Positions 11,626 to 24,713 of a stretch of DNA of 64,000 bases are shown here, in pieces. The notes beneath the pieces were generated by a model. That model was not told the origin of the DNA, ran no database searches, and was given only the letters and a program-made list of their open reading frames with translations. Made by a program: the position numbers and the translations under genes. Each line of letters begins with the position of its first letter. Position 1 is the first letter of the stretch. This DNA is from Camelus dromedarius (lineage: Eukaryota), in NCBI RefSeq assembly GCF_036321535.1, contig NC_087436.1, forward strand, positions 87,298,001-87,362,000, given 5' to 3'.

Positions 11626-13094
11626 CTTTTTTTCAATTAATTGCATATAAATCTATCATATAGATATACCATAACTTATTTAAAGAACATTTAGGGGTTT
11701 TTTTTGTTGTTGTTATTATAAGCAATCTTGCAGTAGGTATCTTTGCACACATATCTTTGTACAAATAGTATTTTTTCATTTAAATTTAAAACTTTGCCCC
11801 CAAGGCAGGAAGGATTGACACTAGCAGGCTCAGAAGGTTGAGCTGTAGCTACATGCAAATGTTGAATTAGTCCAGGGAAGTACTTAGGGAAATTAGAAGG
11901 ACTCTAAATCTTTTGGACAAGAACGAACACTGAACTTGAGAACGAGTTGGTTTTATGAATGCCAAACAAGATTTTTTAGTTTCATGTTTGTTTAACGTAT
12001 GCAGACCATGGAGCCATCATCTAAGGATAATTATCGGAAGCATAATTTTAAGCTTGCTGGGGGACAGTGTGATGGACTTGATGTCTATCCTCATCTGGTG
12101 TCGAATTCTCTCAAGGATCCTAGAGCCAAGAGAGGGGCTTGAAAGTTGATCATGTGCATTTTTCCGATGTTTCCCTTTCACCAAGGTATAGAGTTTCCAA
12201 CTGGTCCAGTTGTGAAACTTGTCTTCTTGCTGAAATGTTTTTCCTTGATTTGGGGTTGTTTTGTAACTGTTGCCAAAAGTCACATGATTTAAATTGTAAA
12301 TGCCGCCAAATATATTCTTATTCTGCTATTCTTGAGGTCAAATTCAGAAATCTGAAAGTTGAAGGGTAGGGCTGGAGAGGGAATTTAAGGAGCTATTGTT
12401 TCAAAGTCCTTCATTAGAGTAATGATGTCACCCCCTGCTTTGACTTCAAGGTCTCTTGAATAATCTTGTTTGTCTATCAGACAATCCCTGCTTCCGGGAC
12501 AGTGATTAATGGACCCACTTATCCTGAGGGCGGGTTTGCCCTGAAACACTGAGAGGCACAGCACAACAGGGGTGAGAGCCTGGAACTCAAACCTGGATGA
12601 GAGAAGGCTGGGTTTCTAGAGCAGAGTTTCTCCCACCCGACTGCACATCAGAACCAGCAGGAGGCTTTCAGCATCGTTTCCGGGGTCTCACCGTGCACCT
12701 CTTGGATCACAGGCTGTGGTTACAGTTCATCCAAGAGTTTTTGCTATCTCAGTGGAAACAAGTTATTAGTTTGTAGCTTGTAATAATTACATTAACAATA
12801 ACAAACCATTCATGCTGCTGATGATTTTAATGATTATTGTAACGTGTTGAAAGGTAATATTGTGCTAATATACCAGTTAGAGAGGAACTGACACGTAGAT
12901 TTGTGGCAATGATAAGTGTAAATGTAATGCCTTCTTCCCTTCATTCCTTCACCTCCAAGACATGTGTCAACCACACAGGCACCTCTTCATGTCCACTGCC
13001 AAATGCCTAGTCCAAGCCACCTTGCTGTCCGGCCTGTACCAACCTTCTTTACTGCCCCCTCCAGTCCATTCATGGTACAGCAGCCTGAGGGATT

Positions 13095-13720
13095 TGTTTT
13101 TCCCTTTTATCTTAAAAAATTGCAAACCTACAGAAAAGTTGCAGGCATAGAGTAATAAGCACCTGTATACTCTTTACCTGGATCGATTGGTTACAATATT
13201 TTGCCATATCTGCTTTATCTCTTTGAATATGTATGTCTTAGTGTTATTAATATTATTATTACTATTTATTATTATTATTTTTGCTGATCCACTTGCGGGT
13301 ATACTGGAAACATCATGGCCTTCACTTCCAAATATTTCAGCCTGTATCCTCTAAGAACAAGGGTGGCCTCTTAACATAGTAACTACAGGGCAATGATCAA
13401 ATTCAGGAATTTGACATTGATTCAATACTATTACTTAATATACAGTTCATATTTAAATTTCACAAATTATCCTCAAGATGCCCTTTATAAAATTCCTTTT
13501 CCTCCAGGATCCAGTCCCCAAAAGAGATTTAGCTGTCATGTCTTTAGCCTTTTTTAATCTCAGACTTTCTTTGTCTTGTATAACATTAGGATCTTTGAAG
13601 AGTGCAGGCTGCTCATTTACACAACACTCCTCTGTTTGAATTTGTCTGAGGTTTCCTCACAAGTAAATAAATGCAGTTGATTCATTTTGGGTAGGTTCCT
13701 TCTCAGAGCATCACATTAGG
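13095..13720 (-). mobile_element. Old L1M (L1MC/ME-type) 3' UTR fragment
   Basis: AAACCTACAGAAAAGTTGCA...ATCAAATTCAGGAATTTGACATTGAT...CCAGGATCCAGTCC motifs. Confidence 0.7.
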
Positions 13721-14289
13721 GGTCAGAGGGACCACGGAAAGACTTCAGACGGTGGTTCTGCCAGGTTCATCACCCTCAGTGGCATCTCATGACATGAACC
13801 TCTTCACAGCATGGCAGCAAAGCCATGTCCAACCTGGTCCCTGCCTCTCTGAGCTTACATCCTCCCTCTTCCTCCTCTCCCTGCCCTCCGGCCACACTGG
13901 GCTTCCTCCAATTCCTCAAGCTGGTCAAACCCTCTCTGTGGAAAGCTCTTCCCTACTTTTTTTTTTTCTTCCCTACTCTGTTCTTGCAATCAGGTGGTCC
14001 AAACATTCCAGGAGTTCACCCACGGAAGAAAGAGTGAGGATTTACTATTACCTGGAAATGGAAGTCACTGCCAGGTGATTTGTGTTCAAAACATTTTTCC
14101 TTCCCTAAGGCTGTCTGTCTTTTGTCTTCTTTGCTTCACTCCTTTAAAGCTGGATTACTCAAAAAGCAGGATGCTCCCTAATGTACTGGGCACACCCTGC
14201 AGTACGATCCCTCCCATGTGATACGCTTAAGTTGTGGTTTTGTTTCTTAAAGAATTTTGCAGTGAGAGAGTCTAAAAGGCAGCACTTGA

Positions 14290-14990
14290 AAAATAAACTT
14301 TTAATTTTGGGATAGCTTAGATTTACAGAAAAGTTGCAAAGATATTCCAGAGAGCTCCTATATAAGCCCTCACCCCTTTCCCCTAATGTGAACAATTCAC
14401 ATCACCTCGGTACATTTGTCAGAACTAAGAAATCAAGATTTGGTACATTATTATTAACTAAACTTCAGACTTTATTCAGATTTTACCAGTTTTTCCACTA
14501 CTGTCCTCTTTCTGTCCCAGGATTCAATCCAGGATACGATATCACATTTAGTTGTCATGTTCCACAGTCTAGTCTGGGACAGTTTTGCCTTCTTTTCTAG
14601 TTTTTATGATTTTTTTTCACTCAACAAACTTATTCTTTGAAGGCATCCAGTGTGATGATTGAATTTATGTATACATTGTGAAATAATTACCACAATCAAA
14701 CTAATTACCCTCTTTTTTCATGATCTTGACAGTTTTGTCAGATATTTTATAGAATGTCTTTCAATTTCGATTTGTCTGATGCTTTCCTTGTGATTAGATT
14801 GAGTTTATGAGTTTGGGAAAGAACTGCACAGAGTTGAGGCGCCTTCTCATTGCAGACCATCAACAGGACTTGTCACAGTTGATGTTGGTCTTGGTCCCTG
14901 AGTTACGGGGGTGTCTGCAGATTTTGCCACTGTAACATTATTGTTCATATTCCACACTCCCTTCTTTGGAAACAAGTCACTAAGTCTAGC
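14290..14990 (-). mobile_element. L1MC-type 3' UTR fragment with a small nested L1 piece (~14630-14710)
   Basis: TTAGATTTACAGAAAAGTTGCAAAGATA...TTATTAACTAAACTTCAGACTTTATTCAGATTTTACCAGTTTTTCCACTA...CCCAGGATTCAATCCAGGATA. Confidence 0.8.
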
Positions 14991-15510
14991 GCACATGTTG
15001 GGGAGAGGGGTGGGGCAAAAAGCAGCTTAAAAATTTTTAGTATATATGTTAGTTTTGCAATTTAGAGTTTATTATTGCTTTTCTATTCAATATTGCTTTT
15101 CTGGGGCAGAGAGGCTATGTTCTTTTGAAATGCTTAACTGGAGCCCTGCTTCCATACCTCCCTCACACTAATTGCAAATGCCTTTATATGATGTAGCATT
15201 TCTGAGCTGGCTCAGAGCCAGAATTAGCAAGGATTTGCTAGGAAGCTTATGTTGAAAATATTTTGAATTATATAAAGAAATCCCTATATTCACTTACTCA
15301 TTTACTAAGTAGATATTTAATGAGTGCATACTATGTGCCAGGCAGTGCTGGGGACCTGTGGACATGTTTTTCCATCCTGCGGTTTGATGTGGGAGAAGAA
15401 TCACCACCACTTACTGAGTGCCTCCTGCCAGCCAGGCACTGGGCTGGGTGCGCCATACACACCATTAAATCCTTTGGACAGTCCTGCATGTATGCTTTTA
15501 CTACCCCTAG

Positions 15511-15643
15511 TTTATTTTAAAATTTTATTTTTTCGGGGGGAGTAATCACATTTATTTATTTTTTAAGGGAGGTACTGGGGATTGAACCCAGGACCTCATG
15601 CATGCTAAGCACACACTCTACAACTGAGCTATACCCCCCCCCC
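15511..15643 (-). mobile_element. Vic-1-like SINE, long form
   Basis: Plus strand GGAGGTACTGGGGATTGAACCCAGGACCTCATGCATGCTAAGCACACACTCTACAACTGAGCTATACCCC is the reverse complement of the tRNA-Ala-like head. Confidence 0.9.
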
Positions 15644-16559
15644 TTAAAAATTAACTTATTTTTTAATCAGAAAAACTCAGCATCAAAAGATTTACAGTGA
15701 AATATAGGAGTTCATCACCTGTAAGCCATTCAACCCCCTAGAAGGAACTACCCTCACCTATTCTAACCACTTCTCCTGGTTACCCCTGTATTGGGCAATA
15801 ATATGCTTAAATTATTCTTAAATTAAAAAGATGTGTTTAAGGTAAAATAAAACACAGACACAGAGCACCACATAAAGCCAATGAGTGGTTTCATGGGATG
15901 TGATGAGCATGTTAAATCGCTGTAACCATCACTCAAGACAAGAGATAGAACTTTGGGAGATGCCCAGAAGCCCCTCCACGTGCCCCATCCTCATCATACC
16001 CCTGCTTCCCCAGAGGTAACCAGTCTGCTGACTTTCCAGCTATCACTTTCTTGTGTTTTTAAAAATAATTTTATTACCTGATGTGTATCCTTAGACACTG
16101 TGGTTTGTTTAGTCTTGATCATTTAAGAAAATGCTATATCTTTTAAGTCTCCTTTAATCTATAGGTTTCTTCTCATCCCCCCCCCCCTTTTTTTTAAAAC
16201 AAAATCCACAATCTGGACTTCCTTGGTTTTAATCTTGGAGGGTGTCCTTCATGTGACCTTGCCCCAATACCTGGAGTCCTTTATATACTTGCTAGATAAG
16301 TAAAAAGAGACCATCTGCCCTAATAAACAATTTTATAACAATTTTTGGGAGAAAGACATTAAATTCAGTCAAATGATCATTTTGGAAGGTAGGAAGATGA
16401 AGGCTGACTAGAAGTTTGAGAACTTGGTAGAAACTTGCAGAATTTTACCCAACATTTTTGCCTTGAGCAGAAAAATAACCACTATTTTGTATATATGTAT
16501 GGATGTATATATAGAGAGAGTTTTAAAATAAAGAAGACTTTAAAAATTACATGCGGATT

Positions 16560-16820
16560 TAAAGTAGGTGCTCTGAAGTCTGCCTGAGTTCAAATCCTGG
16601 CTTCTCTACTTAGTGGCTTTACAACCTTGAGCAAGTTACTTCTCTTTTTTTCTTTTTTTGCAAGTTACTTCTTGTTGCCTCAATATTCTCTTCTGTGAAA
16701 TGGGGGTGATAATGGTCACAGCGTTGTTGTGAGGAGTACATAAGATAATACATGTAGAGTGTTTTGAACGGTGGTTGGCAAGCACAAGGTAGATGTTCAA
16801 CGTTGTAAGCTGTTACTATT
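16560..16820 (+). mobile_element. MIR SINE
   Basis: GTTCAAATCCTGGCT...CCTTGAGCAAGTTACTT...CTGTGAAATGGGGGTGATAAT; GCAAGTTACTT is duplicated around an inserted T-run. Confidence 0.8.
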
Positions 16821-17334
16821 ATAATTCTTTGCAATGAGTAGATTGAAAATGATCAGCTCAAGCCTGATGTACATGATTAGGATTTTCAGTTCGTTTATTT
16901 GCTTTTCCTCCTGGTACATTTCCAGTTCTCAGCCATGTGTTTAGAGATAAAAATTAATTCATCCACAGCTGTTCTTTAATCTCTGGTTATTTTCTGACTC
17001 TTTGGCACATAAATTATCAACCTTTAAACTAAACAATTAGTCTTAGTTTGAAAAAAATTTGTATGTGTCTCCAAGGCCGTGCACAATGAATCAAATCCTT
17101 TGTTTACTCTGTTTATACATAAACTATGAGATGGAACTACAGAAACCTCCTCTCGTCTTTAAGGCATTTGTGAACAGAAAAAAAAAAAAAAAAAAAAAAA
17201 AAAAGACCATGGTAATTAATGTTTAGCAACAAAGAGAAAACTGGTGTTTCTATGAACATCTTTGAAACCCAGAAATGTCTCTCTCCAAGTCTGTTTCTTG
17301 AAATCATGTTTTCTAATATAGGTGGTTATTCCCT

Positions 17335-17758
17335 TGTAATGGGTTGAATGGCATCTCCTGAAAAGACTTGTCCAAGTACTAACCCTCTGAATGTGAACTT
17401 ATTTGGAAATAGGGTCTTAGCAGGTATATTTAAGTTAAGGATCTTGAGATGAGATCATCTGGATGTAGGGTGGGTCCTACATCCAGTGACTGGTCCTTAT
17501 GGGAGACCTTATAAGGGGGAAAGCCGGTGAAGACTGAGGTTGAGATAGGAGTGGTGTGTCTGCAAGTCAGGGAAGGCCAAGGATTGCTGCTAATGACCAG
17601 AAACTAGGAGGGGACACGTGGGATGGATTCTCTCTCAGACCCTCCAAAAAAATCCAACCCTGCCAACACCTTGATTAGGGACTTCCAGCTTCTGCAACTG
17701 GAAGCCAATAAATGTCTGGAGTTTTAATTTGTTATGGCAGCCCTTCGAAATTAGTGTA
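17335..17758 (+). mobile_element. MLT1C-like MaLR solo LTR
   Basis: TGTAATGGGTTGAAT...TTATTTGGAAATAGGGTCTT...CAACCCTGCCAACACCTTGATT...AATAAAT...TTTGTTATGGCAGCCC. Confidence 0.85.
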
Positions 17759-18059
17759 ACTCTCATGATGATGAAGGATATTCTGAAAAAAATGTTTTTA
17801 TCAGCAACTGGTGAAATTAGAGAGTAGACTTAGACATGCTACTTTGACCAATACAAATAACCCCCCTCCTCACACACACCTTTTATTCATCCTCAACTAC
17901 ACATAGTCAGGAAAAGGGCAAGTTCTGGTTAACTACTGTGTCCCACGCCAGTGTCCAGGGTCTTACAGAATCCAAATATTCAAACAATGTTGCACACAAG
18001 CTATTCATTCTCAGGTGATTTGGAAGGCACTACACCTCTTTGGGGACCTGGGAGTTACC

Positions 18060-19390
18060 TGTGATGTCCCCATCACCCTCACCCTGCCGTCCAATTAATC
18101 ACCAGGTGCTATAATGGTTTCCTTCTAAATGTCTCTGCAGTGTATTCACTTCTTTCTATGCCCTCTGTCCATCTCCAGCCCAAGCCATCATTCGCTCTCA
18201 CCCTGACCACCGCGGCCCCCCAGATGGTCTCTGCACTCAGTCACCTCGCTGCCAGCAGCAAGTCTGATTTTGTTATCTCCTGCCTAAGATCCTCCCATGG
18301 GGTTTTCAGGGTTCTGGATGAAGATCAAACTCCTTAAGGGAAGAGAACTTGCTTTCTTCTCTATTTCAATGCTTAAAACAGCCTGTGGCACACAGTAGGT
18401 GCTCAATAAACATCCATGGAATGACAGACTTAAACCTACACTTGTTACTGGGTCCAAGCTGATACTGTTCACCGCACAATAGGCCAGTAAATCAAGGGAT
18501 GCGTTGTTGGGGCAAGGAATAGTGATTTTATTTGGAAAACCAGCAGACCTAGAAGATAGTGGACTGGAGTCCCAAAGAACCACCTTGGCGGAGTTAGAAA
18601 TCAGGCTGCTTTTATGCTAAACGGGGTAGAGGTAAAGTCAAACATTTCCTGGTTCCAGTCAGCCTCCGGAGGGGATGTGTTAATGTCTTCCCTCCTGCAG
18701 TCATTCACAGGTGGGCCTGGCCAGTGTGTTTCCCATGAGCTAAACAAAGGTATTCAGTTTAGCGCTCATTTCTTGGGAGGCAGGGTTACCAGAGATGGGC
18801 TATTACGTATAATTTAAGCTTATAGGCAACATCCCTTTAGTGATTAGCTTGTAGCAAAAGCAACAGAATAGAAAGGTTCAAGTAAAAGAAACATCCAACA
18901 TGGAGTCAGATTTGTTCTCCCCTGTTACACAATGGTCTACCTAATCCAGCCTAGGGGCTAGTCCAGCCCCCAGATGTCCTGGCTGTGTGACTTCGGGACA
19001 TGTTGTTGAAATTCTCAGGCATCATCCAGGTCCTGCTCCTCCTGGCTCACTGTGCCTTAGTCACATGGGCCTCTCAGGTCTTTGCATCTGTTGGGTTTCT
19101 TCCTGCCTCAGGGGTTTTACCAGGCAGTCCCCTCCTCCTCACACCCCTTGTCTTAGACTGCGCAGCAAATGCCACTTCCTCAGGGAACTTCCCAGCTGAG
19201 GCGCCATCCCCCTATTACAGGCTCTCGCATATTTCTTTCACTTTGCCTGTGACTCTGTAATTGTATGTTTATTCGGTGTTTACTCTGCCTCCCCCACTAG
19301 GCTTCAAGTTCCCTGAGAGGAGAGACAGGCTCCGCCTTATTCACACTGCCTGCTACGTAGCAGTTGCTTCGTATGGGTTTGTGGGAGGAG
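18060..19390 (+). mobile_element. L2 fragments flanking the ERV1 LTR
   Basis: L2 3' end CCTGTGGCACACAGTAGGTGCTCAATAAA at ~18382-18410 and degraded L2 3'-region sequence at ~18930-19390. Confidence 0.6.
18443..18929 (-). mobile_element. ERV1-class solo LTR (487 bp)
   Basis: TG...CA termini (TGTTACTG / CTGTTACA), 4-bp flanks CACT/CAAT, minus-strand AATAAA near 18527. Confidence 0.8.
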
Positions 19391-21341
19391 TGAGTCGCCC
19401 TGTGATGTCTTAGTGTTGTCATGACGACTGTCCGTTCGCAGCATATTTCTGGCTTGGGGGTTCAAGATATGTGAGTGTTCACAGTAACACTCACTGGGAC
19501 CCAAGATGGGTAGGAGATTCTGTCTGATGCAAGTTGTCTCATGGCTACTGCTGGGGTACACGTGGGGGTACACTGCTGGGGTACAGTGAGAGGTGGGAGA
19601 GGGGGGAGGTGGGCAGTGAAGACTCACGGCAGGCAGGACGCAAGAGGAAAGGTGTAGAAAGCAGCCAGAAAGTTAGAGCTTTTCCCCTGTCCCTGCCCTT
19701 AGCAGCCGGTGGTCCTGGGCAGAAAAACTGCCAGTCCTGGAGGAGAAGGAGCCACAGGCTGGAGGCAGGGAGAGGAGAGAGGGCAAGTCCACACAAAGCT
19801 TGACAGACTACAGGCCAGGGAGACACTGAGCCTCTTTCTTAGGGAAACACTTTTTAAACTCTGTACTTAGTGGCTCCCTGAGAATGAATGAATGAAACAG
19901 TACTTAACAGTGCTTAAAGTTTTCCTTTTCTCCTGGTTCGGTTATTACAGTGTTGTAGTATGTCACAGGCCAGAACCAGGAGGCAGGGCGAGAACCAACT
20001 GTTTTTGAGAGCCTTCCATGGAGCAGGTACTCACACAATTAGTTCCTTCCTTCCACTCATTCACTCACTCATTCATTCCTGAGCACTGCTACATGCTGAG
20101 AAGACACTGATGAGGACAGCACATGTGGTCCCTGCTGTCAGGGGCTTACACTTTCAATTTTCTATTTTGTCTCCTCCCAACAGCCCACTGCAATACATAT
20201 TATCTGTATTTTGCAGGGGGAATAGGCTCCGCTAGGTCAGTGTGATTCACCCAAGGAGATGGCAGAGCTGGATTCAATCCTGAATCTACATCCCTGTCAT
20301 CAGCTACTTCTAGTCCCTTCCCTCTCAGGAAATGTGTGCAGCCCCTGGGAAAGTTCCGTCTCCAGTAAGGACCCCTGCAGAGGTGTCAGCGGGCACAGGT
20401 TGGGGGCTGGGGAGAGGCCCTGGCAGGAGGTCTCTGGTCCCACCCAAAGCCTGCCGGGCTGATGCGGCTGGAGCCCCACCATGTCCCCTTCACAACCCCC
20501 ATCACAGCACACATCAGAAGGATCCTACTGCAGGCCCTGGGACTTCACACAAAGGCCTGCTGTCAGTCTGAACATGAGGTGGGCTGAAGGGGCCCAGGAG
20601 TCTATGCCCCTGAGAGGACCCCCAGGCAATGGCAGCTGGAGGTTCAGAGACAAGTATCCCTGGCTCTTCAAGCTCTGCGCTGTCTCCCGGGCTCCCAGCA
20701 GGAGGGGCCGCGGTTGCCCATGGCGACACATTTTCCTGGCTCCCGCCCCTTCTCACTTCTCCACGTCCTGGTGTCGCCTCTAAAAGGGACCACTTGCCTC
20801 CAAATCCTTTTCTCAGAGCCCACACTGGAGGACTCCACACTAAGAAAGGCAGTCACAATTTATAGCCTAGCGTAGGTCTAGTACTGGCCCTGCTATTTAA
20901 TAACCATGCAACCTTGGAAAGGTCACTTAAGTGAGGTTCAAGTTCCTGAGACTTAGAAATGGAGAGTAATAACATCTTCCACGTCTCCCTCGTGGGGGAG
21001 ACGTGGGGCAGTCAAGCGGGAAATGTCTTTATAAATTATTGAGTCTACAGGAACTTGGTGGGGTCTTGGTACAGTTACTAGTTACCCACAGTGTTGAAAT
21101 GAAACGGTCCAAGTGTCTGCGGGTCCCCACTTGGAAGTCACCTTGGGCTGGGTCTCTGGGCATGAGTCCTCATCACGGGCCCCTCAGAAGCAGTTTCCAG
21201 TGTGGAGTCTTCCTCTCTGGGTCAAGTGCATCCTGGCACTGGTGAAAGGCTGACGCGACAGAAGCCTGAAGAGAGAATCTTAAGCCTGTGGGTCCCTCAC
21301 TGAGAGACCAACACCAAGGACCAGAGGGCTCCCCTCTGTGG

Positions 21342-21866
21342 TGATGAAAAGTGAAAATGCAGCTGAGGCAGTGCACAACCATTAAAGGAATGACACAGCC
21401 ATTGAGGTTACGCCATAAAGTGGTTTGACCCAAGATGGCAGCAGATTCGACTTCCGGTAGACCTTGAGCCTCCTTACAGGCTCACTGTAATACACTAGTG
21501 TGCTAAATAACACGCCCACAGGTGCCGTGACAGTCCCAGGTTGACCATGAAAGGCCAAAAAGTGGGCGGTGGCCCAATTCCTGGGAACCTCCGCCCCTTC
21601 CCCAAAGTAGTTGGAATAATCCTCCCACTTGTTAGCATATGAACCCATGAACACTAACCGCCCTGCGCCTAGAAGTTGCTCTTTCTCACCTTCCGGGACA
21701 GCCTGCACTCTGTCTATGGAGTGTGCATCTCTCCGAGTAAATCTGTCACTCACCTATGGCTTGCTCTTGAATTCCTTCCTGCAGGAAGCCAAGGACCCTC
21801 ATTTGGCTGGATGCATCACAGGGACTTGCCCGTGACCATCCTCCCATATCTCCTTTTTCTGTATCA
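21342..21866 (+). mobile_element. MER41-like ERV1 solo LTR
   Basis: Shares recalled MER41 blocks in order: CCAAGATGGC, GTGCTAAATAACACGCCCAC, GTGACAG, CCGCCCCTTCC, GAATAATCC, TTAGCATAT, CTCTGTCTATGGAGT, TGAATTCCTTCCTGC, CCAAGGACCCTC. TG...CA ends are approximate. Confidence 0.8.
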
Positions 21867-23614
21867 CAGCCGGAAGGGTCTTTTCTCTACATGGAAATGA
21901 AATTTATGAAAATGTCCTCCAATAGCAAACCCTGGAGCTCGAAGCAGGGGCCCTACATGAGTTTGGATGCTTTCTTAGTCTTCTTCCCACGGCTGCCATT
22001 AGCAAATCACTGACGAAGTTTATTATAAGCCAGGAGCTTTGCTGGCACCTTGGACATCACCAGCCGGAATTCCCACAATGAGCCGGCGAAGGAGGTACTT
22101 TTTCAATTGTCCCATGCTGTAGACCGGTGCCTGCTAATGTCAACAAGTGCCTGGGATGGTGTGGCCAACTAGGGCAGAGCTCAGATTGCAGCCAGGCATT
22201 CTGGTGCCCGAGCCAGGTCCCTTAGCCATCTCACCACACTGCCTCCCTGGGGGAGTAGAGTGATTGGAGCCATAAGACCTGGGCTCAAGACCCAACTCTG
22301 CTGCTCGTTTACTCTTGCCTCAATTTGTTCATCATTAAAGTGGGGATTAATAATTGCTGTCTCTTAAAATGACTGGAAGGATTAATTAAAATAGTGCACC
22401 AGCAAGGGCTGTATAAACTACAAAGTATTATGCAAATATTGTGATTTTGGTAAGAATTACAGAGAAGACCGAGAGGGATGTGAAGCCAGTGTGACGACCT
22501 CGAGTGATGGACGTCACAGAGGTGCCAGAGTCCAGTTAAAGGCTCGCCAGATCCACACCCTCCTTTTCCTGGAGACAGAGCAGGACTGCATTTCTCATCA
22601 GCCTCCCTTGCCCCCAAATCCTCCTGCATGCTCCTTCCCTCCTTGTCTGTGGCCAGAGGCAGAGGGTCTAGTGACAACCCCAAATTTCAACTAGAAGATG
22701 ATGGCCCCACTAGATTGCCTGTCCTATAGTCAATTGAGATTTGCATAAGCAAGAAAGAAAACTGACTAATGGTAAGTCACTAAGATGGGGGTTATTTGTT
22801 GTAACAGTGAGTGTCCTGTAATAGAGAAGGTGAGAATTATCTACCTACTTTTCTTTTTCTTTATCTTTTCAACTTGGAAATCACACTCCAGAATTTAAGG
22901 ACCCATCCCTGGGTAGCGAATGCTTTGTTCGAGCTGACTAAAGATGGAATTCTCGCTCCATATTGTTTTCATTAACAAACAAGCCAATTGGTAATTTACT
23001 GTCCCTTTAACTTCATTTTCAAACAAAATGGAAAACAGGATTTAAAGAATAATAATTCTTTGAAACTCTGGGGGTATGTACTCTGGTGTTCATCCTGTCT
23101 GCAAATCTCATTATCCCATGGAGAATCCCTGACAGAATTTCCAGGAGCTTGAGCTCTACTTAAGAGACAAAAAAGTGCAATCATCTTCTTTGAATGGAGG
23201 GCTCTCCTGGGGTGGGGCTGTGATCTGTGGAATGTGGTTTAAGTTAAGCTTTCACAGCGGGGGTCTTTCATGTGGCTGAGGACTACTCTCCCAGCTAAGA
23301 CCCTTGAGAAGGTCACCATCAGCCAAGGGCAACATATCCACTTGAGAAAACAGGTCCAAACTTGGAGTTGAAGGAAAACGCAGAGGAAGCCCGCCCACTC
23401 CATGAGAATAGGGTTGTGTGGGTTTGGGGTGCTAGGTCAAAACGGAGGGTCAGGAATCTCAGCTGTCAAAATCGCCACAGAAGCCTCTGAAAAACCAGGA
23501 GGGGTTTGTAATAGTATGAAATTTAAATAGCTGCACCAGCCAAGAGTCCTCTTTTCTTCTGCAGCATCTTGGTGATTGTTATCGACCGAGCATTTGTGTC
23601 CCCGTCACCCTCTC

Positions 23615-24460
23615 TGCTATACTGCACACCCCCATTTTTATATGTTGAAGCCCTCACCCCCAATGTGATGTAATTGGGAGGTGAAGCCTTTGGAATGTAA
23701 TTAGGTTTAGATGAGGTCATGAGGGTGGGGCCCTCATGATGAGATTAGTGCCCTTATAAGCAGAGAAAGACTCGCTGAAGCCTCCTCTCTCTCTGCCATG
23801 TGAGGACACAGCAAGTAGGCAGTGTCGGCTAAAATAAATGTGCAGCCAAAAAGTTAAGAGTTACGTTTTATTTGGTGGGAGAACTCAAGCCGGGATGACA
23901 GCCTCTAAGATCGCTCTGAGGGACTGCTCTGAAGAGGTAGGGGAGGAGCCAGGATATACAGGAGCTTTACAACAAAGACCAGGTAGTTGGAACAGTAAAA
24001 GATTACTTGTTAACCTAAAGAAAACCAGGCATCTCAAGTTAAAGAATTTAGTGCTTTTCTATGTACGGGAGGAAGCAAACATTTGGGCTCATTGAATTCA
24101 TTCCTTTGACAAGCACCTAGCTATCTAGGGCCAGTGTCCTGTCCTTTCTTATTCTGAGTCCTCTCAGAGGGCACCACTGTGAGTGGCTGCAGAGGCTGGG
24201 CTGCAGGCTTGTCTTCAATGAGGGGTGGTGGCAGTGGCTGATGACTTGATGGCTTCAACATTCTTTGTTTACTGATAAAGTTTGCAGTATTTTTCATTCA
24301 CAGCAGCTACCTGCAAGCCAGGGCGAGGGTTCTCACCAGAATCTGACCACACTGGCACGGGGATCTCAGACTTCCCAACCTCCAGAGCTGTGAGAGGTAA
24401 ATGTCTGTTGTTTAAGCCACCAGTCTATGGTGTTTTGTTATAGCAGCCTGAGCTAAGACA
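23615..24460 (+). mobile_element. MLT1A-like MaLR LTR split by a younger LTR
   Basis: TATGTTGAAGCCCTCACCCCCAATGTGATG...TGCCATGTGAGGACACAGCAAG, then the insert, then GTTTAAGCCACC...TTTGTTATAGCAGCCTGAGCTAAGACA. Confidence 0.9.
23823..24302 (-). mobile_element. ERV1-class solo LTR (480 bp) with perfect 4-bp TSD
   Basis: Starts TG, ends CA, flanked by GCAG at 23819-23822 and 24303-24306; minus-strand AATAAA near 23866. Confidence 0.9.
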
Positions 24461-24617
24461 GTGGTTTACTCCTTTTCAAAAAAAACTGTTAATTGTTCAT
24501 TTATCAAGAAAAAATATTCCTTAGCCCAGATATTCACCATTCAGGAACACAGGTAAGTGACAAATTTCCATGGAACTCAACCACCCCCCCCCACAAATTC
24601 TTTACATTCCAAGATCA

Positions 24618-24713
<96 letters not shown>

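Noticed and set aside
19547..19585. Repeated CTGCTGGGGTACA units as a repeat-spacer array
   Set aside because: Only three short imperfect units without real spacers; an ordinary micro-duplication in eukaryotic DNA.
20259..20865. Cluster of 60-110 aa ORFs
   Set aside because: ORFs in most frames reflect high GC content and few stop codons; no homology recognised.
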